The notes under the pieces: generated by a model
What the model was told of the DNA's origin: nothing
The model's input: the letters and a program-made list of their open reading frames with translations, nothing else
Database searches by the model: none
Assembly: GCA_964016885.1 (NCBI GenBank)
Contig: OZ024741.1
Coordinates: 358,980,001 to 359,044,000, forward strand
Direction of reading: 5' to 3'
Length of the DNA: 64,000 bases
Source: Eledone cirrhosa
Taxonomy: Eukaryota
Program-made: the position numbers and the translations under genes
In this document: one piece after another, positions 40,926-54,019 of the stretch
How positions within the stretch are numbered: position 1 is the stretch's first letter
Layout of the letters: every line of letters starts with the position of its first letter

Positions 40926-41048
40926 TATATATATATGTGTGTGTATATATATGTGTATATATGTATATGTGTATATTATGTATATATATATGTGTATATA
41001 TATGTGTATATATATACATGTGTGTATATATATATATGTATATATGTG

Positions 41049-41081
<33 letters not shown>

Positions 41082-41140
41082 GTGTGTATATATATATATG
41101 TATATATGTGTGTATATATATATATGTATATATATATGTG

Positions 41141-41171
<31 letters not shown>

Positions 41172-41272
41172 GTGTGTATATATATATATATGTATATATA
41201 TATGTGTGTATATATATATATATGTATATATATGTGTGTATATATATGTGTATATATATATATATATATATA
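40926..41272. repeat. (TA)n/(TG) compound microsatellite
   Basis: Direct reading. Confidence 0.95.
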
Positions 41273-41275
41273 CAA

Positions 41276-41726
41276 ATGGCAAAGGAGCTCTTAAGAGTCA
41301 ATGTCCATCCAAAATCACCGGGAGAGATGACCCCTTAGCCTTTGTCAAGGCAGAATTCTAGGAGAAGGAAAACTCTGATATAGCACCTGCAACCCTGATG
41401 GTATCCAATGATGTTGACTTATTCTTCTTTTTGGTAAATATCATCTTGGTTAAGAGAGTGGGACTGGCTTTGTGCAGTGCCTTTGTTCACTATAAAAGCT
41501 TCACGGCACAGGCATTGTTTTATATCTGGAGATCTCTCTGCACTTGTCACATGGTACCAGGGGCCCAGCACTATGTGTCCATAATTGTCACAAGTGTAGT
41601 GTTTGTACCAGAGTTTTGAAGTCGCTGGCTGGACTAAAAAGTCACACTCGTTCAGCGCATCAGTAGGGGTTCTCCTACATGGATATAAAGTAGTGGCCGT
41701 ACTCGAAAACAAGTTGGCAGCCACCA
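41276..41726 (+). mobile_element. Non-autonomous element with an RTE 5'UTR-like motif (homologue at 55335-55770, minus)
   Basis: Shared aagagtcaatgtccatccaaaa, tagcctttgtca.ggca...ctaggagaagg(a)aaactc and tggccgtactcga...ggcagcca ends. Confidence 0.55.
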
Positions 41727-41744
41727 TATATATATATATATATA

Positions 41745-42174
41745 TCATCATCATTTTACGTCCGCTTTTCCCTGCTTGCAAGGGTGGGACAGGAACTGAT
41801 TCTGGGTTGATTTCTACAGCTGGATGCCCTTCCTAACACCAACCTCATTTACAGTGAGTGCTGGGTGCTTTTTTGCCGTGGCGCCTACACGTCCACTTTA
41901 CAGTGAGTGCTGAGTGCTTTTTTTCCCTTGGCGCCTACACGTCCACTTTACAGTGTGGGCTGGGTGCTTTTTTGCCGTGGCACCTCCACGTCCACTTTGC
42001 AGTGGAATGATAGGGACCCCTGTCCTATCATCTCATTTCTACAGCTGAGTAAACTGGAGCAATGTGAAATAAAGTGTCTTGCTCAAGGAAACAACAGATC
42101 ACCCGGTCTGAGAATTGAACTCACAACCTTTCGATTGCAAGCCCAATGCTCTAACCACTAAGCCATGTGCCTCC
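41745..42174 (-). mobile_element. Same SINE family, full length
   Basis: Reverse complement of the 7676 element with three 48-bp internal units. Confidence 0.85.
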
Positions 42175-43899
42175 ATATGTGTATGTGTGTGTGTGTGTAT
42201 ACATATATATATATAGAGAGAGAAATGGCTTCTATAGGACTAGAACTGTTTCATTATGTATGTATGTATATAAATATATATATATATAGTTGTCTGGCAA
42301 ATGACTTGATATGAGACTGTGTTGAAACTAAAGCAATAACATGGTGGAAGAGTAATTTCAGGTATTAAAAGATGCCACAGAATCCTCTACTTTAGGCACC
42401 AACAAATAAATAATAGATGTAATGTGAAGGCAACAGGTTTTTATTGTTTTTTTAATAACTAAAAAGACTGTCATGTTTTTAATTGCTGTTTTCTTTTATG
42501 CCAAAGGAAAAATTCCAACAATTTTTTTATAAGAATTTTTTAAACCAATTTCTTTTTCTCTTTTTAAACAAATTTTCCAAATTGTTTATTCATTTATTTC
42601 AATCTGGTATTTTTTTTTTTCCTGGTGTAGCTAAGAAAAAGAAAAGGAAATTGTACAAAGATCTGGTACATTGGCACAGTGCCACATGCAATTTTATGGT
42701 TAGGTGTAGGTATAGACAGGCAGCAGTTAAGATATTCACCTGGTTACTTAGTTCAAAGTAGTTTATTTAGTACAATACCTTGTCTAACAGTCAGAGGGAC
42801 TTCCTATTTAGTCACCTATACAAAAAAATGTGAATGATACCAAACCATCCAAAACCACCCCCTGATTCTTCTTCAATACAAAATTGACTGTTTTAAAGTG
42901 TTTATATATATCTCTAAAAACCTTACATCATTATTTTACATAGGAACCTTTGTTAAGTTATCCTCCAAATACCAGAATAACCCCTTTGATACAAAACACC
43001 CAAAACAACCCCTAGTTCTATAATTCAAAACTGTTTATTTTAAAGGATTTATATTCATAAAAAAAAATCTTCCATGACAATTTTATGCAAGAACCTTTGT
43101 TAAGTTATGTTCCAAACATCAGATTAATAATGAGACACTTAGTTATATTAACTATATCCCTCCAAACACTTTATTTACATATCACACTTCATTCTTCTCA
43201 CAACTAAGGCTTCTGATTCAAAAAGCAATAGTTATATCTATCATCAGTTACCTTAAAATCTTCAAATACACACACATATAGAACACTCACATACACAACA
43301 CACACATACACAATGCACTATATTTTTCGGAATAGAAGATGCACTTTGTTTTGAAAAAAAAATGTTTAGGGAAGAAAGTTATTGTAGCATTTGTAATATT
43401 CAAAAGATTTTTATTGAACAAAACTTCAATATGATATTAAAAAAAGGGTGTATTATTCTAGACACAAAAGAGTTCAAAAGAGTGTTTTGTACCACACTGA
43501 ACAGCGAATGCCTAATATTTACAAAAGCTTTCCACCCATGTCTATTACCAATAATTACTGTGTATACAAATGCTACCACCCAATATCTACCACTGCCATC
43601 TATTCATTCATTTTTGTTATGAATGACAGTGCAATATAAATAGTGATGTATTCTATGCATGCCTATTTTAATACTCAGCTATATTTGTACATGGCTTGGG
43701 TATAGCACATGTATTATTATCATTATTATTATTAGTATAATTATTATTGTATGCTGCCACTGCATTACCAAGCATTGCTCTATGAACCTTGGGTATGTGC
43801 AGTGTTATTTTTGATGATGTTGCTTCTATTGTATTAAAATACTCTTTGTAATATCTGTGTAGTTCCTAATAGTGCTATTTTCTGAACAATGTATATGTT

Positions 43900-44720
43900 A
43901 GTAAGTCCTAGTGTTTTGGCTATTTATCTACTGTCAATATCCATTGCATGGAGGATCGGTGGGAACTCCCCATGGCGTTCTTTAGAGAGTTAGTGATGGG
44001 TAAAAGTGATAAAGTTCTTCGGAAAACTCTGAATATTGACAAAAGTCAACTAGCCATTCTCTTCCACAGGAGTTTCGGTCCAGGGACTATGGATAACTTC
44101 CAGAAATCCCTGATCAGGTCATGCTACTAGGGAGATAAACTATACAGGCATAGAAGTGCCATCAGCTGGGCATGTCTGAGATGCACAGAGGGCAATGAAA
44201 CTGTACTGCAAGCATTCATCCAGTGTCTGAGTATCACTGGCTTGTGGGTTTATCAAGAACATCTGATGTCACGTGTAGAACGGATCCAACTGTCAACTGA
44301 GTCCATTGTCAATTGCCCTGCTGCCCTTTCTTAGCCAGGAAGGGCAGGCTGTTTTTGTTTGTCTGGTGACGATGGCGAAAGAGGAGGTATGGTGGATACA
44401 TCTAAAAGGGTTGAAGATGGTCACTTTCCTTTTCGACAACCCCCTGATTAACTTCTTGAGGTTTCACTTGAAGAGGAAAGTCAGGGTGGAGAAGGAAGTG
44501 TTGCCTTAAAAGCAATTTGTTGAAAGTTGGTTAAAGAGGTGAGAATGGTTCAAGTGAATGGGCCAGCTCTGAGTGTGTGCTTGTAGATTGAGGGAGGACA
44601 CCAGGGAGAGGGCCCTGGCAGTCAGGGTGACTGTGGCTTTTGTGGACTTTCTCCACAAGTAACCCTTGGAAGTCTACCCTCTATTGGAGAATTTTCTTTT
44701 GTTTCTATTTTTTTGTTTCT
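43900..44720 (+). mobile_element. Decayed L1/Tx1-like LINE 3' fragment
   Basis: CLRCTEGNETVLQAFIQC zinc-knuckle remnant, FHLKRKVRVE, T-rich 3' region. Confidence 0.55.
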
Positions 44721-46175
44721 TTATTTTTGTTTTATACTCATTTTTACAGAAACTCACATTGTGCTGTCCTTAATGTGTTTTTTAAAAACTTTCAATAAAG
44801 AAAATATTATTATAGTTATTATTATCATTGTTGTTGTTGTTATGGAGCTGAATTGGCAGAATATTTTCCAATCCAGCCATTTACCAGCAGACGAAAACCA
44901 GAGAACTAAACAAATAACCACACCATGTTGTACTACACCATGTTGTGACACACCATAATGTACCACAATGTGTTGTATCACACCACTACATGTTGTACCA
45001 CACCATGTTGTACTACACCAGAGGTTCCCAAACTTTTTAGGCCACCGGCCCCCTCTCAGCCCCAACTCTATTTCCAGAGAGACCTGCCTACACTGTTCTA
45101 GATATATAGATAAATAATTGTTTCTACAATAGGCACAAGGCCAGCAATTATCCCAGTGTATTACTGGTACTTTATTTTATTGAGCCCCGTTAGGATGAAA
45201 GGTAAAGTTAACCTCGACGGGTTATATAGATAAATAATGTAATCTATATATCTAAAACGGAGAATGTCTGTCTATCTGTCTAACTCCCTAAAACTTTAGA
45301 ACCACCCAACCGATTGTTTTCAAACTTTACACATGTAATACTTATGGTGGTGGGAGTGTTTTGAGCAAAAAGTATTTTAAATGTTCAATGCCCTAGGGGC
45401 TGCATTAGGTAGATACATAGCTACGACGTTGCACCCTTATAATATCTGTCTGTATGTCTGGCTGTCTGCATTACGACATTATGACACTATCTGTGTATCT
45501 GTGTGTGTGTGCATATATGTATATATAGTATATATATATATATATATAATGTGTGACGTTTTTTCGAAATATTTACTTCTGCGTTCACAGATTGATTTAT
45601 TTTAGTTTGAGAAGATCCCGTGAAGGGTGAAAGCAGCGATTCTTTGCTTACACTTTAATCTGTTATTTTAATATATATATTCGTGTACAGATATTTTTGT
45701 ATACACAAAAACAGAATATAAACAAACAAGGCCAGCGATTACATAGTCAACGGTTCGGAAATCACATGCATCACTGACGAGTTTACTCCTTACTCTACCA
45801 GTTAGTCTTAGTGTACTTCATCCTGCTTTTAGGTCATGGCATGAAGGAAGAGATACTCCATTGGCCGAAATACTGCGAAAGCGGCATTAAAAAGGAGGTG
45901 CTACAATCATTTTTTAGGTAGACGAGGCAGAAGGGGATATACACGATTGGCTGAAGAAGGACGAGACTGTGTTAGTAGTACGACCAACGGCTGCTATCAC
46001 ACCAACAGCAGCAAAAACAACAACAAAAAAGAGAGGGGACGCAATTACATGCTTTTGAAAAATCTTAATGGAAAATTATTTGCCTATTCACCCAAGGCGA
46101 CTTCACTTCTTATTAGGACTTCTGCATCAATTGGTGAACATACAACAAAACATTGAAAGGAGTAAGACCCTCGGT

Positions 46176-46845
46176 ATTACACCACGTTGTACCACACCAC
46201 ACCATGTGTACCACACCACACCATGTTGTACCACACCACATCATGTTGTACCACACCACACCATGTTGTACCACACTACCCCATGTTGTACCACACTACA
46301 CCATGTTGTACCACACCACACCATATAACACACTACCCCATGTTGTACCACACTTCACCATGTTGTACCACACCATGTGTACCACACCATGTTGTACCAC
46401 ACTACCCCATGTACCACGCCATGTGTACCACATCATGTTGTACCACACCACACCATGTACCACACTACCCCATGTTGTACCATGCTATGTGTACCACACC
46501 ATGTTGTACCACACCACACCATGTACCACACCATGTGTAGCACACCACACCATGTACCACACCATGTGTACCACACCACACCATGTACCACACTACCTCA
46601 TGTTGTACCACACCACACCATGTACCACACTACCTCATGTTGTACCACGCCATGTGTACCATACCATGTTGTACCACACCATACCATGTACCACACTACC
46701 TCATGTTGTACCATGCCATGTGTACCACACCATGTTGTACCACACCACACCATGTACCACACTACCTCATGTTCTACCACGCCATGTGTACCACACCATG
46801 GTGTACCACACCACACCATGTACCACACTACCCCATGTTGTACCA
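46176..46845. repeat. TGTACCACACCA/CCATGT minisatellite (shorter piece at 44918-45019)
   Basis: Tandem 15-20 bp variants. Confidence 0.92.
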
Positions 46846-47362
46846 TTTCCAAAGACAACATATGTATCCTTGCTGTATTATTTTTCTGAAACCCTCATTT
46901 AAAAATGTAATCCCACCCACATGTAAGTATAGTCACACCTACACTATATATTTATACACACACATACTCAATTACTCACAGTAGATTCTATTTGTATTAC
47001 ACAAACATATACAACTACATTATAGCATATATGTAAACATATACACACACTCATACACTGAATCCCTTGTAGAAACATACACATCCCTATTACACACTCT
47101 TGTACAACATTACAGAGTATATGCAAGAATACACATACATTCACAATATACACACACACAACATACATACACACACACAACTATAATACACACACACATG
47201 CACACTTATACAACTATACTATTGCATATATACAAGACAATACACACACACATCTATACTACATATATATACATGTGTAGGCACACACATACATACATAC
47301 ATTCATATGCACATATACATACATACATACATACATACATAATACACAACACACACGCACAC

Positions 47363-47673
47363 ATCATCATCATTCATTTCATGTCCGCTTTTTCCCTGCT
47401 TGCAAGGGTGGGGCGTGAACTGATTCTTCCTAACACCAACCTCATTTACAGTGAATACTGGGTGCTTTTTTGCCATGGCACCTCCACGACCACTTTACAG
47501 TGGAATGATAGGGAGCCCAGTCCCTATCATCTCATTTCTACAGCTGAGTAAACTGGAGCAATGTGAAATAAAGTGTCTTGCTCAAGGAAACAACACATCA
47601 CCCGGTCTGAGAATTGAACTCTCAACCTTTCGATTGCAAGGCCAATGCTCTAACCACTAAGCCATGTGCTTCC
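47363..47673 (-). mobile_element. Same SINE family
   Basis: Head, body and tail similarity. Confidence 0.85.
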
Positions 47674-48529
47674 ATATATATATATACACACACACACACA
47701 AATATATTCAAACGTATACACACACACGTTTATAATCTGAAATAAGTACAAGGTACATGAAACTCAATTTATATCATGTTTAATATCTATGAGAATGTAT
47801 AGGGGAAACCAAGTCTAATGCTATTTGCTTTGAAACCTTCTTTAGTTTATATATTTTTTGTCTAAGACCACTGTAAAAATACACCCCAGAAACATGTGTT
47901 TAGATGTTCCGATGCTCAGTTTTAACTGTATACCTGTGGAGTGTGACGACTGTTAAAGCTCTCACCCAAATATCTATTCTTTTATCCTTTTTACTGGTTT
48001 CAGTCATTAACCCTTTAACATTTACATTACTCTATACATACTATTGTATTTTCTCAGTAAAGGCTTTATCTCACATAATTATTTCATATAATATCGAATC
48101 TATGAGATTTTGATAGTATATACTTTGAGAACAATATGGCCAGTTCGAACAGAAAGAAGTAAGAGAATTCTGGCCAGATATGGCCGGTTTATATGCTAAA
48201 GGGTTAAACTTACAACCAAGCCAGGCCACAGTCTTGAAAATGTTTAGTTTATTATATCAAACGCAGTACTTCACTTTTGGTTAAATCTTGTAGTTTTTAT
48301 ATAGAGATTTATTAATTTTATATATCTCTAGGATGTGGTGGTGATGGTTGAATGATGAGGAGGAGTGAGAAAGAAGAACCAACCCTTGTATTATACTGGT
48401 ATTTTATTCATTGAGCCCCCCGCCCCCTCACACAAAAAAGGATTGAAATGCAAGGTTGAATGCAGAGAAGCAGGCCAAATACCACAAGCCATTCTCTCTG
48501 ACACTATCAACTCTGTCAATAGGAAACTA

Positions 48530-48793
48530 CTAGGATTTTTTTCAACACCCTGATGCATATGTATATGTATGTGTGTATGTGCATATGCATACATATATAT
48601 GTATGAGTATACAAATATACACGCGCAAACACAGCCACACTTACAAAAATACACTCACAGACATACATTCACACACATACATTTACAGAAACATACATAC
48701 ACATACACTCACACACAGCATAGCAAATGAACGCCAGCCATTGTTTTGCTATAGTTTTTTAACCATCCCCTTCCTTCCTTTTAAACACACATA

Positions 48794-48842
<49 letters not shown>

Positions 48843-48890
48843 TGTGTGATGGACAGACGAACGGAAGCTGCTCAAATTTATATATAGATT
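48530..48890 (-). mobile_element. Helitron-like non-autonomous repeat, duplicated at 51435-51775; another Helitron-like 5' end at about 45242-45400 (+)
   Basis: Two direct copies of about 350 bp; minus strand begins TCTATATATAAA...GTCTGTCC. Confidence 0.45.
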
Positions 48891-49433
48891 GAAACATCTA
48901 CACTTCAACTGGATGTCTTCCATCATTATCCTCAGGAAGAAAGATGCAGATAAACAGCTACAATCAAAGCGTCACCAACTGCAATACAGGAGCAGAAGAT
49001 AACTAAATACTGGATTTTGATTGGCTGTTTCCTTTCTGTGCCAGTTGCTATTGAGACCTTGGTGTCTTTGGTCCCTGGACAGCCATTTGCCAAATTGGGT
49101 AGAAGTCTAACAAAGTGGTACGGTTGAAACTGAGGGTATTGCTGGCTGTTCTCTGTAGCAATGCTTTCATGTGGCAGAGCTGAATTATCCCATCCTGCCA
49201 AGAATTTAAAATCCCCTCCCACCCTCCCCATTACATCTACACACTTTTTTTTACTCTTTCTTTTTGTCATTATGATATTATATGTGAGTGAATTAATTCT
49301 ATTTTGATTATAAGAATTAATATTTGTACCATCAATATTTTTCTAACAAATGTTCAAAATTATTTATAAAGGACAGTACTAAATTCATTCTTTAATAATA
49401 ATCAAGCATTTAAGTAATAGAAACTTAACTTAC

Positions 49434-49620
49434 TGAGAGCTTGGTTTTCTATCATAATAGCAACCAGTTGTTCTTGAAGGTGAGTCAGTTGGTGTTCAAA
49501 ACTCAGTCTTTCTTCAGAATTAAGTGGATGAATACATTCTGATCGAGGTGACTCAGGTGTTCCTTGGCCTGATAAACTGCTGTTTTCACCCTCACGGTCA
49601 GCAGTTATCAATTCAAAAGT
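49434..49620 (-). CDS. GRAMD4: GRAMD4 exon (TFELITADREG...LQEQLVAIMIENQAL)
   Basis: Polypyrimidine-ctag acceptor, A|gtaagt donor, phase 0 to 1. Confidence 0.88.
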
Positions 49621-51007
49621 CTAGAAAAGAAAAAAAAATGATTTTATTCTTTTACTGGTTTCTGTCATTGTGGAGGCAGATGACAGTAGTTCAAGTGTTG
49701 TTGTTACAACACATTTAGACAGGTTTAGCTGGCCTTCTACAAAGTTGTATCTCATAAAACATCTATGCAGGGTTGTATCTAATACACTGTTTCTCAGTTA
49801 TTTTAATGATTGAGGCCCCCAGTTATATCCTGAAAGCAATGTGAAGTGAAATATCTTTCTCCTTAACACAATACCTTACTATTGTGAGTCCAACACCCTA
49901 ACTACTAAGCCACATGCCTTCACAGAATATTGAGCTCCGGACCAAGTGTCATGTGTCCTTCAGCAAGACACTTTCACTTTATTTCACATTGCTCCAATCC
50001 ACTTTGCTGGTAAAAATGAGTTACAATAACACTGGTGACAAGCTGCATTGGCTTTTACCTTCCATTTGGACAATATTAGTGGCATGAAGAGGGAAGATTT
50101 CTATGATTGAGCAACTGTTGGTCTTCCACAAAACACCTTGCTCAAGCTTGTACCTTAGAGAGGAACTTTCCAGATGCAAACCCATGGTTAGTCATTGGCT
50201 AACATGTCATTTCATACCATTGTTTTAGTTATTAGACTATGCCCATGCTGGTTCATCCCCTTGAAGGCATTTAGCTGATCATATTAACCACTTTTCCCAG
50301 TCCAATATTTATTTTATCAATCTCTTTTTGTTGAACCACTAAATTATGGGATAAACAAAATGAAACAAAGAAGATACAGACACAAATATGAAACATGCTT
50401 CTGCAGTTTTGATCTACCAAACTTCACTTACAAGGCAATGATCAGCTTGGGGCTATAGTAAGATACTTACCCACAGTGTCATGCAGTGTGACTGAACCTG
50501 AAACTACATTGTTGTAAAATGAACTCTTTAACTATACAATCATGCTGGCACCAATAGAAATCAATACAAAGTTTCCTACTTTCCAATTTTCAATTTCCCA
50601 TATTGATATGGACTTGTCAATAATTAATCATTTTAATTAATCAATTGGAAAGTAATGAAAAAAAATGTTTGTCCAAATGCTGTGATCATGAGGGATTTTG
50701 TTAATGTAGTGATGGGTAATTGGAGATGGTGGGAGTGGTGGTGGTGGGGATGATGATAAAAGCGATGAAATGATAGTGGTGGTGATGGGATAATAGTGAT
50801 GGTGAAGTATTGATAGAAGTGGTGGTAGTTTTCTTGTTGTTGGTGTTGTTTTCATAAATGATTGTCTAAAGAGAAGAAGCAATACATATGTGAGTGTGGA
50901 GAAACAAACCAGACTATGAATCAACATAGCTTTGTCTGCTCTCTGTTACCCAACCCATGTATCTCTATAGATCTTGTAGACTTCAATGAACATGCATAGA
51001 GTTGTGT

Positions 51008-51009
<2 letters not shown>

Positions 51010-51067
<58 letters not shown>

Positions 51068-51125
51068 AAAGTAGTAGTAGTGAAAGTAGTAGTAGTGGTG
51101 ATAGTAGTAGTAGTAGTAGTAGTAG
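51010..51125. repeat. (GTA)n microsatellite
   Basis: Direct reading. Confidence 0.95.
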
Positions 51126-52366
51126 TTTCAAGCAACTCTAGCAGGGTGGGGTTAATGCTATTAATGTTCAATTTGAGCTGCTATAGGTTGTAGTACAGTG
51201 ATTGGAAAGAAGACATGTATTCAATATAGTTTAGTGTTACAGAGGGAAAGGTTGCTGGATTAATTTCATTGAAAATATGAACATAAACATTTTCAAAAAG
51301 TAGCTTAAAATTATAAATTTTTCCAAGTAGCTTTTTTTAATCCATACAAAAATTGCATGTAGGTAGGTTCTAATTTACTTTCTTTACTTGATTCTTTGAT
51401 ATTCAACAGGATTTTAGATTTTAAATTTAAAGAACTAGAATTTTTTCAGCACACTGACACGTGTGCGTATGTGTGTGCATGTGTGTATGTGCATATGCAT
51501 GCATTTATATGTATGAGTATATAAATATAAATGTACAAACACAGACACACTTACAAAAACACACACTCACAGACATACATTCACACAAATACACACACAC
51601 ATACATACATTTACACAAACACACACATACACAGCGTAGGAAATGGAACACCAGCCGCTGTTTTGCTATTGTTTTTTCACTATCCCCTTCCTTCCTTTTA
51701 CACACACATAAATTCATACAAATATACACACACGTTGTGTGATGGACAGAAGTCATTCAAGTTTATATATAGATTAACTCTTAATGTCCGATACCATAAT
51801 GGAACTACATTAATAACAGATACTTGACACAAAAATAAAACAGCACTATGACTGCATCACATTAAAAATTTAAGACTTTAATCTAATACGGCAAATTTTC
51901 GATAATCTATCTACTACTAAAGATACTATAAACGTGAAATTATATTAGCAAAACATTCTTGTAAAGTATAAAACAGCACTATAATTGCATCACATTAAAA
52001 ATTAAAGTCTTAACTTTAATATTACAAATTTTCACAATGATTTGTTCACTGATGAAGATACAATAAATATTTGGATTAACAGAATGTTAAGAATTCTAAA
52101 ATGTAGTGGCAAAATGGTATGCAGTCATCAAATGAGTTACAAGGGAAAGTTTTTTAATTCAGCATTTATATTATATGGCGAGAAAGTGAAAGAGCTGTTT
52201 AATTAAAGGATCTTCATTGCTAGATATAACATTTATATAATGATGATACTATAACATAGAACCACTTCATTATTTTGAGTGTCTATATATATATATATAT
52301 ATATATAAGTATGTATACGTACATACATATATGCATACAGATGTACAGTAGTATGTATATATATAT

Positions 52367-52707
52367 GGAGGCACATGGCTTAGTGGTTAGAGCATTGGCC
52401 TTGCAATCGAAAGGTTGTGAGTTCAATTCTCAGACCGGGTGATGTGTTGTTTCCTTGAGCAAGACACTTTATTTCACATTGCTCCAGTTTACTCAGCTGT
52501 AGAAATGAGATGATAGGGATTGGGGTCCCTATCATTCCACTGCAAAGTGGTCGTGTAGGTGCCATGGCAAAAAAGCACCCAGCACTCACTGTAAATGAGG
52601 TTGGTGTTAGGAAGGGCATCCAGCTGTAGAAATCAAGCCTGAATCAGTTCCCGTCCACCCTTGCAAGCAGGGAAAAGCGGACGTAAAATGGTGATGATGA
52701 TGATGAT
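52367..52707 (+). mobile_element. Same SINE family, nested in the fold-back element
   Basis: Full head to (GAT)n tail, inserted in a TA run. Confidence 0.87.
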
Positions 52708-52857
52708 ATATACATACATGCACACATATATATATGTACGTATGGATTCACCGAACATTTATTATAATGCTCGGTGTGTTTGTAAACAAACATCCCGAAT
52801 TAAGCCGTACAGTGTCTAGCAACCATCGTTGCTCATTTGTTCAACACTGACAAAGGA

Positions 52858-52900
52858 ACGCTGTACTAGTTTCAAGCTTATTAGCTATCGTCAGCAACGT
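52858..52900 (-). ncRNA. Minimal type I hammerhead ribozyme motif (second family)
   Basis: Minus strand reads ACGTTG CTGACGA T AGCT aata AGCT T GAAA CTAG TA CAGCGT: stem I ACGTTG/CAGCGT, stem II AGCT/AGCT, palindromic stem III ACTAGT, GUA triplet. Confidence 0.72.
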
Positions 52901-53291
52901 ATACCTTCCTGCCAGATGGTTGAACGTCTGAAGGTATATACTTTCCTTATGCATATTAACGGCTGAGCAGCCTAATTTGCATATCGAGTGAGTTAATCGG
53001 CCGGGGTACCATAAACGATACGTACATATATATATGTGTGCATGTATGTATATATATATATACATACTACTGTACGTCTGTATACATATATGTATGTACG
53101 TATACATACTTATATTTAAGTAATAGCCGTACTAAGAGTGAGAAATGAAATTTCGTTTCATTTTTTCCGTTTATCGTTTTCGGTACCCTGGCCGATTAAC
53201 TCACTCGATATGCAAATTAGGCTGCTCAGCCGTTAATATGCATAAGGAAAGTATATACTTTCAGACATTCAACCATCTGGCAGGAAGGTAT

Positions 53292-53334
53292 ACGTTGCCG
53301 ACGATAGCTAATAAGCTTGAAACTAGTACAGCGT
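53292..53334 (+). ncRNA. Inverted copy of the second hammerhead with mutated core (CCGACGA)
   Basis: Same sequence as 52858-52900 except T>C at 53299 in the CUGANGA core. Confidence 0.6.
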
Positions 53335-53615
53335 TCCTTTGTCAGTGTTGAACAAACGAGCAACGATGGTTGCTGGACACTACGGCTTAATTCGGGATGT
53401 TTGTTTACAAACACACCGAGCATTATAATAAATGTTCGGTGAATCCATACGTACATATATATATGTGTGCATGTATGTATATATATATATACATACTACT
53501 GTACGTCTGTACACATATATGTATGTACGTATACATACTTATATTTAAGTAACAGCCGTACTAAGAGTGAGAAATGAAATTTCGTTTCATTTTTTCCGTA
53601 TATATATATATATAT

Positions 53616-53990
53616 ATGGGATTATCTCACCATAATTGCTTTATTGTATGATATATATTTCTGTTACATGGTTATGCATGTGACTTCAACAGATTCTTAT
53701 GCAATCATAGGTGTAGTTATGCAGTCATTAGGATACACTGCTGGCCGTGTATAACCATCCTGTTCTGATGGCAGCAGGCATATGATTGCATAAACATCTG
53801 ATGAAGTCACATGCATAACCAAGTAACAGCAATATATATCATGCAATAAAGCAATTATGGCGAAATAGTCCCATCTTAACTACTCTTATTTGATAAATGA
53901 ATACTCTGTCACTCCTAATCACCAACTCTTAACTGGGATAAACTACTGACATGAAGTGCTTTTGGATTACTCAGACCGCCTTATCATCAA
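53616..53990. mobile_element. Fold-back element with degenerate hammerhead-like core
   Basis: Inverted arms of about 95 bp (53616-53712 / 53780-53874) after (TA)n; CTGATGA...CGAAATAGTC in the right arm. Confidence 0.4.
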
Positions 53991-54019
53991 GAAGTTATAA
54001 CGTAACAACTGCATATAAG

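Larger units (their letters stand above)
52305..53598. mobile_element. Composite inverted + partial-tandem element (B'-A-B-A'-B), Penelope-like/retrozyme-like, with a nested SINE
   Basis: 52738-53017 is inverted at 53173-53452; 53021-53169 is directly repeated at 53451-53598; an inverted partial B at 52305-52740 is split by a SINE. Confidence 0.6.

Noticed and set aside
40812-41361. YI/VC-repeat ORFs
   Set aside because: (TA)n microsatellite translations
46068-46984. Cys/His-rich ORFs resembling metallothionein
   Set aside because: Open in all frames because of a stop-poor minisatellite
48932-49270. 112-aa minus-strand ORF as an extra GRAMD4 exon
   Set aside because: Flanking exons already join in phase and the peptide shows no recognisable similarity; an alternative exon cannot be fully excluded
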